Source: Callorhinchus milii (taxonomy: Eukaryota). Taken from it: 64,000 nt of DNA. Position 1 is the first letter of the stretch. Every line of letters begins with the position of its first letter. The translations under genes were made by a program, and so were the position numbers. The notes under the pieces were generated by a model. That model worked only from the letters and a program-made list of their open reading frames with translations. It ran no database searches and was not told the origin of the DNA. Shown piece after piece: positions 62,433-64,000 of the stretch. The stretch spans positions 7,440,001 through 7,504,000 of the forward strand of contig NW_024704753.1 of NCBI RefSeq assembly GCF_018977255.1, read 5' to 3'.

Positions 62433-64000
62433 TTGTTTCTTCTTTGGGTGGGGTATTAATAAGGCCTTCATCATTGTGGAATTTTCACCAAGAAACACGC
62501 AGTAACTACACTTAACAATAAAAATCCTGTGAAGTGCTTTGAGACATTTCAATGACTCTATCAAATGCAACGATTATTATCATTATATTAATTTCACTAG
62601 TATTTGTGAGTGCTTTTGACAACCTGCTCTTGAGAGATTATGTTTGTAACACTACAAACAGGACTTGAGATCAGTGTGGATACTGAAATAAACCCATAAA
62701 CTGTTCTGCATAACATAGGGCTAGCATGAAAGAGGATCTTTAAAAATATTGTCTGCATGAATCGTTTTGTAAAAATAAAGCAAAATTTTACAAAATTTAA
62801 CTGAGCAATGGAAAACATGTTTTTGGAATAATGTACTAGTCAGATTCCATTAATTCCTTCAGTATCTGAGTCTGGCTGGGACCTGGGAGAATTCATATTT
62901 GATTTGTTTTTTACACACCTGAAATATTTGCTGATTCCACAACATTGTTCTGTTATACTGCCATATAAAAACTTGAGTTCAATTCATCAGATACCCATCC
63001 AGCACTGTGAATGCACTTTGGGATATCTTCCTGACATGAAAGTTGCAATATAAATGTAAAATCTATTGTATTGAATCCATGATAGTGCATTAGTATAGGC
63101 TCATATTCTGATTGCCAAGCTATACAAACAACAGTGGCATTTGTTGTTGATTTTAATATGATGTTATATATGCTTTATACATCAGGGTTCACTGTCTGAC
63201 AGTCTCAGGAGTGATGTTTTCACTCCTTAAATTACCCATCCAATTGAAACTTCATTATAATCCAATTCAGTGGAAGAAATATGATATTCCCTACTTAGAG
63301 GTTTTGAACATGCAGACTACTATTAGAATCCATTTATAACCCCTATGGGCACTTTTCTGTTTCCTCAGAGGCTCAGATGTTATGTTACAATGATCAACAA
63401 TAAGGCGAGGGATCTTCCACCTTGGTCTTATTTCACAATGCATGTGAATTACTGTATCTCTAAAATGTGTTAAATCAGGTATTTTGTTAAAAACACACTC
63501 AGATTCTTGGACAGTACAGTGATAGTTACATAGGAGCATACTTTACACAACCTTTGTATTGATATGAGAACTCGTTACCTTCAATGACACCAGCTGGGTG
63601 GTTTGCAAATCATGGGCCAATTAGAAAAAATGCATTGTGTCTCTTGGAATAAAATTCCTGACTTTTAGATACCTTAATATCACAGTAAAATACAACAACG
63701 ACAAATAGAATTGATATACTGCCTTTTGAGAGGATGTCCAAAATACATTGGATATTCTCATACGTCTTCTCAGCATTGACAGCTTCATGTCTTATGTCAC
63801 AACTTTAGTGCTCATCTTTTTTCCTGCATTATTGAGCACTTTATAAACATACTCAGCATTTGATAATTTATGATATAAGTTGATATGATTTTAATCTCCG
63901 ATGTATCCTCAGCCAGCTACGTATTGATCTCTTAGTTAAAGCAATCCGTCAAATAACATTTGATGAACTTTTCAAATAATGAAACTCATTTAGAAAGCCA

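Overview
Vertebrate genomic DNA; the repeat content (CR1, L2, Deu-domain SINEs, shark-type palindromic repeat) points to a cartilaginous fish (inference). The window lies inside one + strand gene, CADPS (CAPS1, calcium-dependent secretion activator 1). I read 14 coding exons between 14861 and 60841, covering the end of the C2 region, the PH domain and downstream helical sequence, all joining in frame. Ten look constitutive and four are frame-preserving cassette candidates (12, 168, 69 and 18 nt). One intron uses a GC donor. The gene's start and end are outside the window. Introns up to ~36 kb are dense in retroelements (CR1, L2, a young tRNA-Ala-headed SINE, older Deu-type SINEs); regions around the cassette exons are nearly repeat-free. 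Most ORF-track entries are repeat fragments or chance ORFs. Main observations: a probable non-autonomous hAT element carrying a microsatellite, in two inverted copies; inverted repeats bracketing a 252-nt exon pair that would give a stop-free circle; a perfect hairpin beside the 12-nt microexon; a palindromic repeat with a decayed hammerhead core; and a TTAA-flanked mini-element. I found no clearly new protein-coding system.
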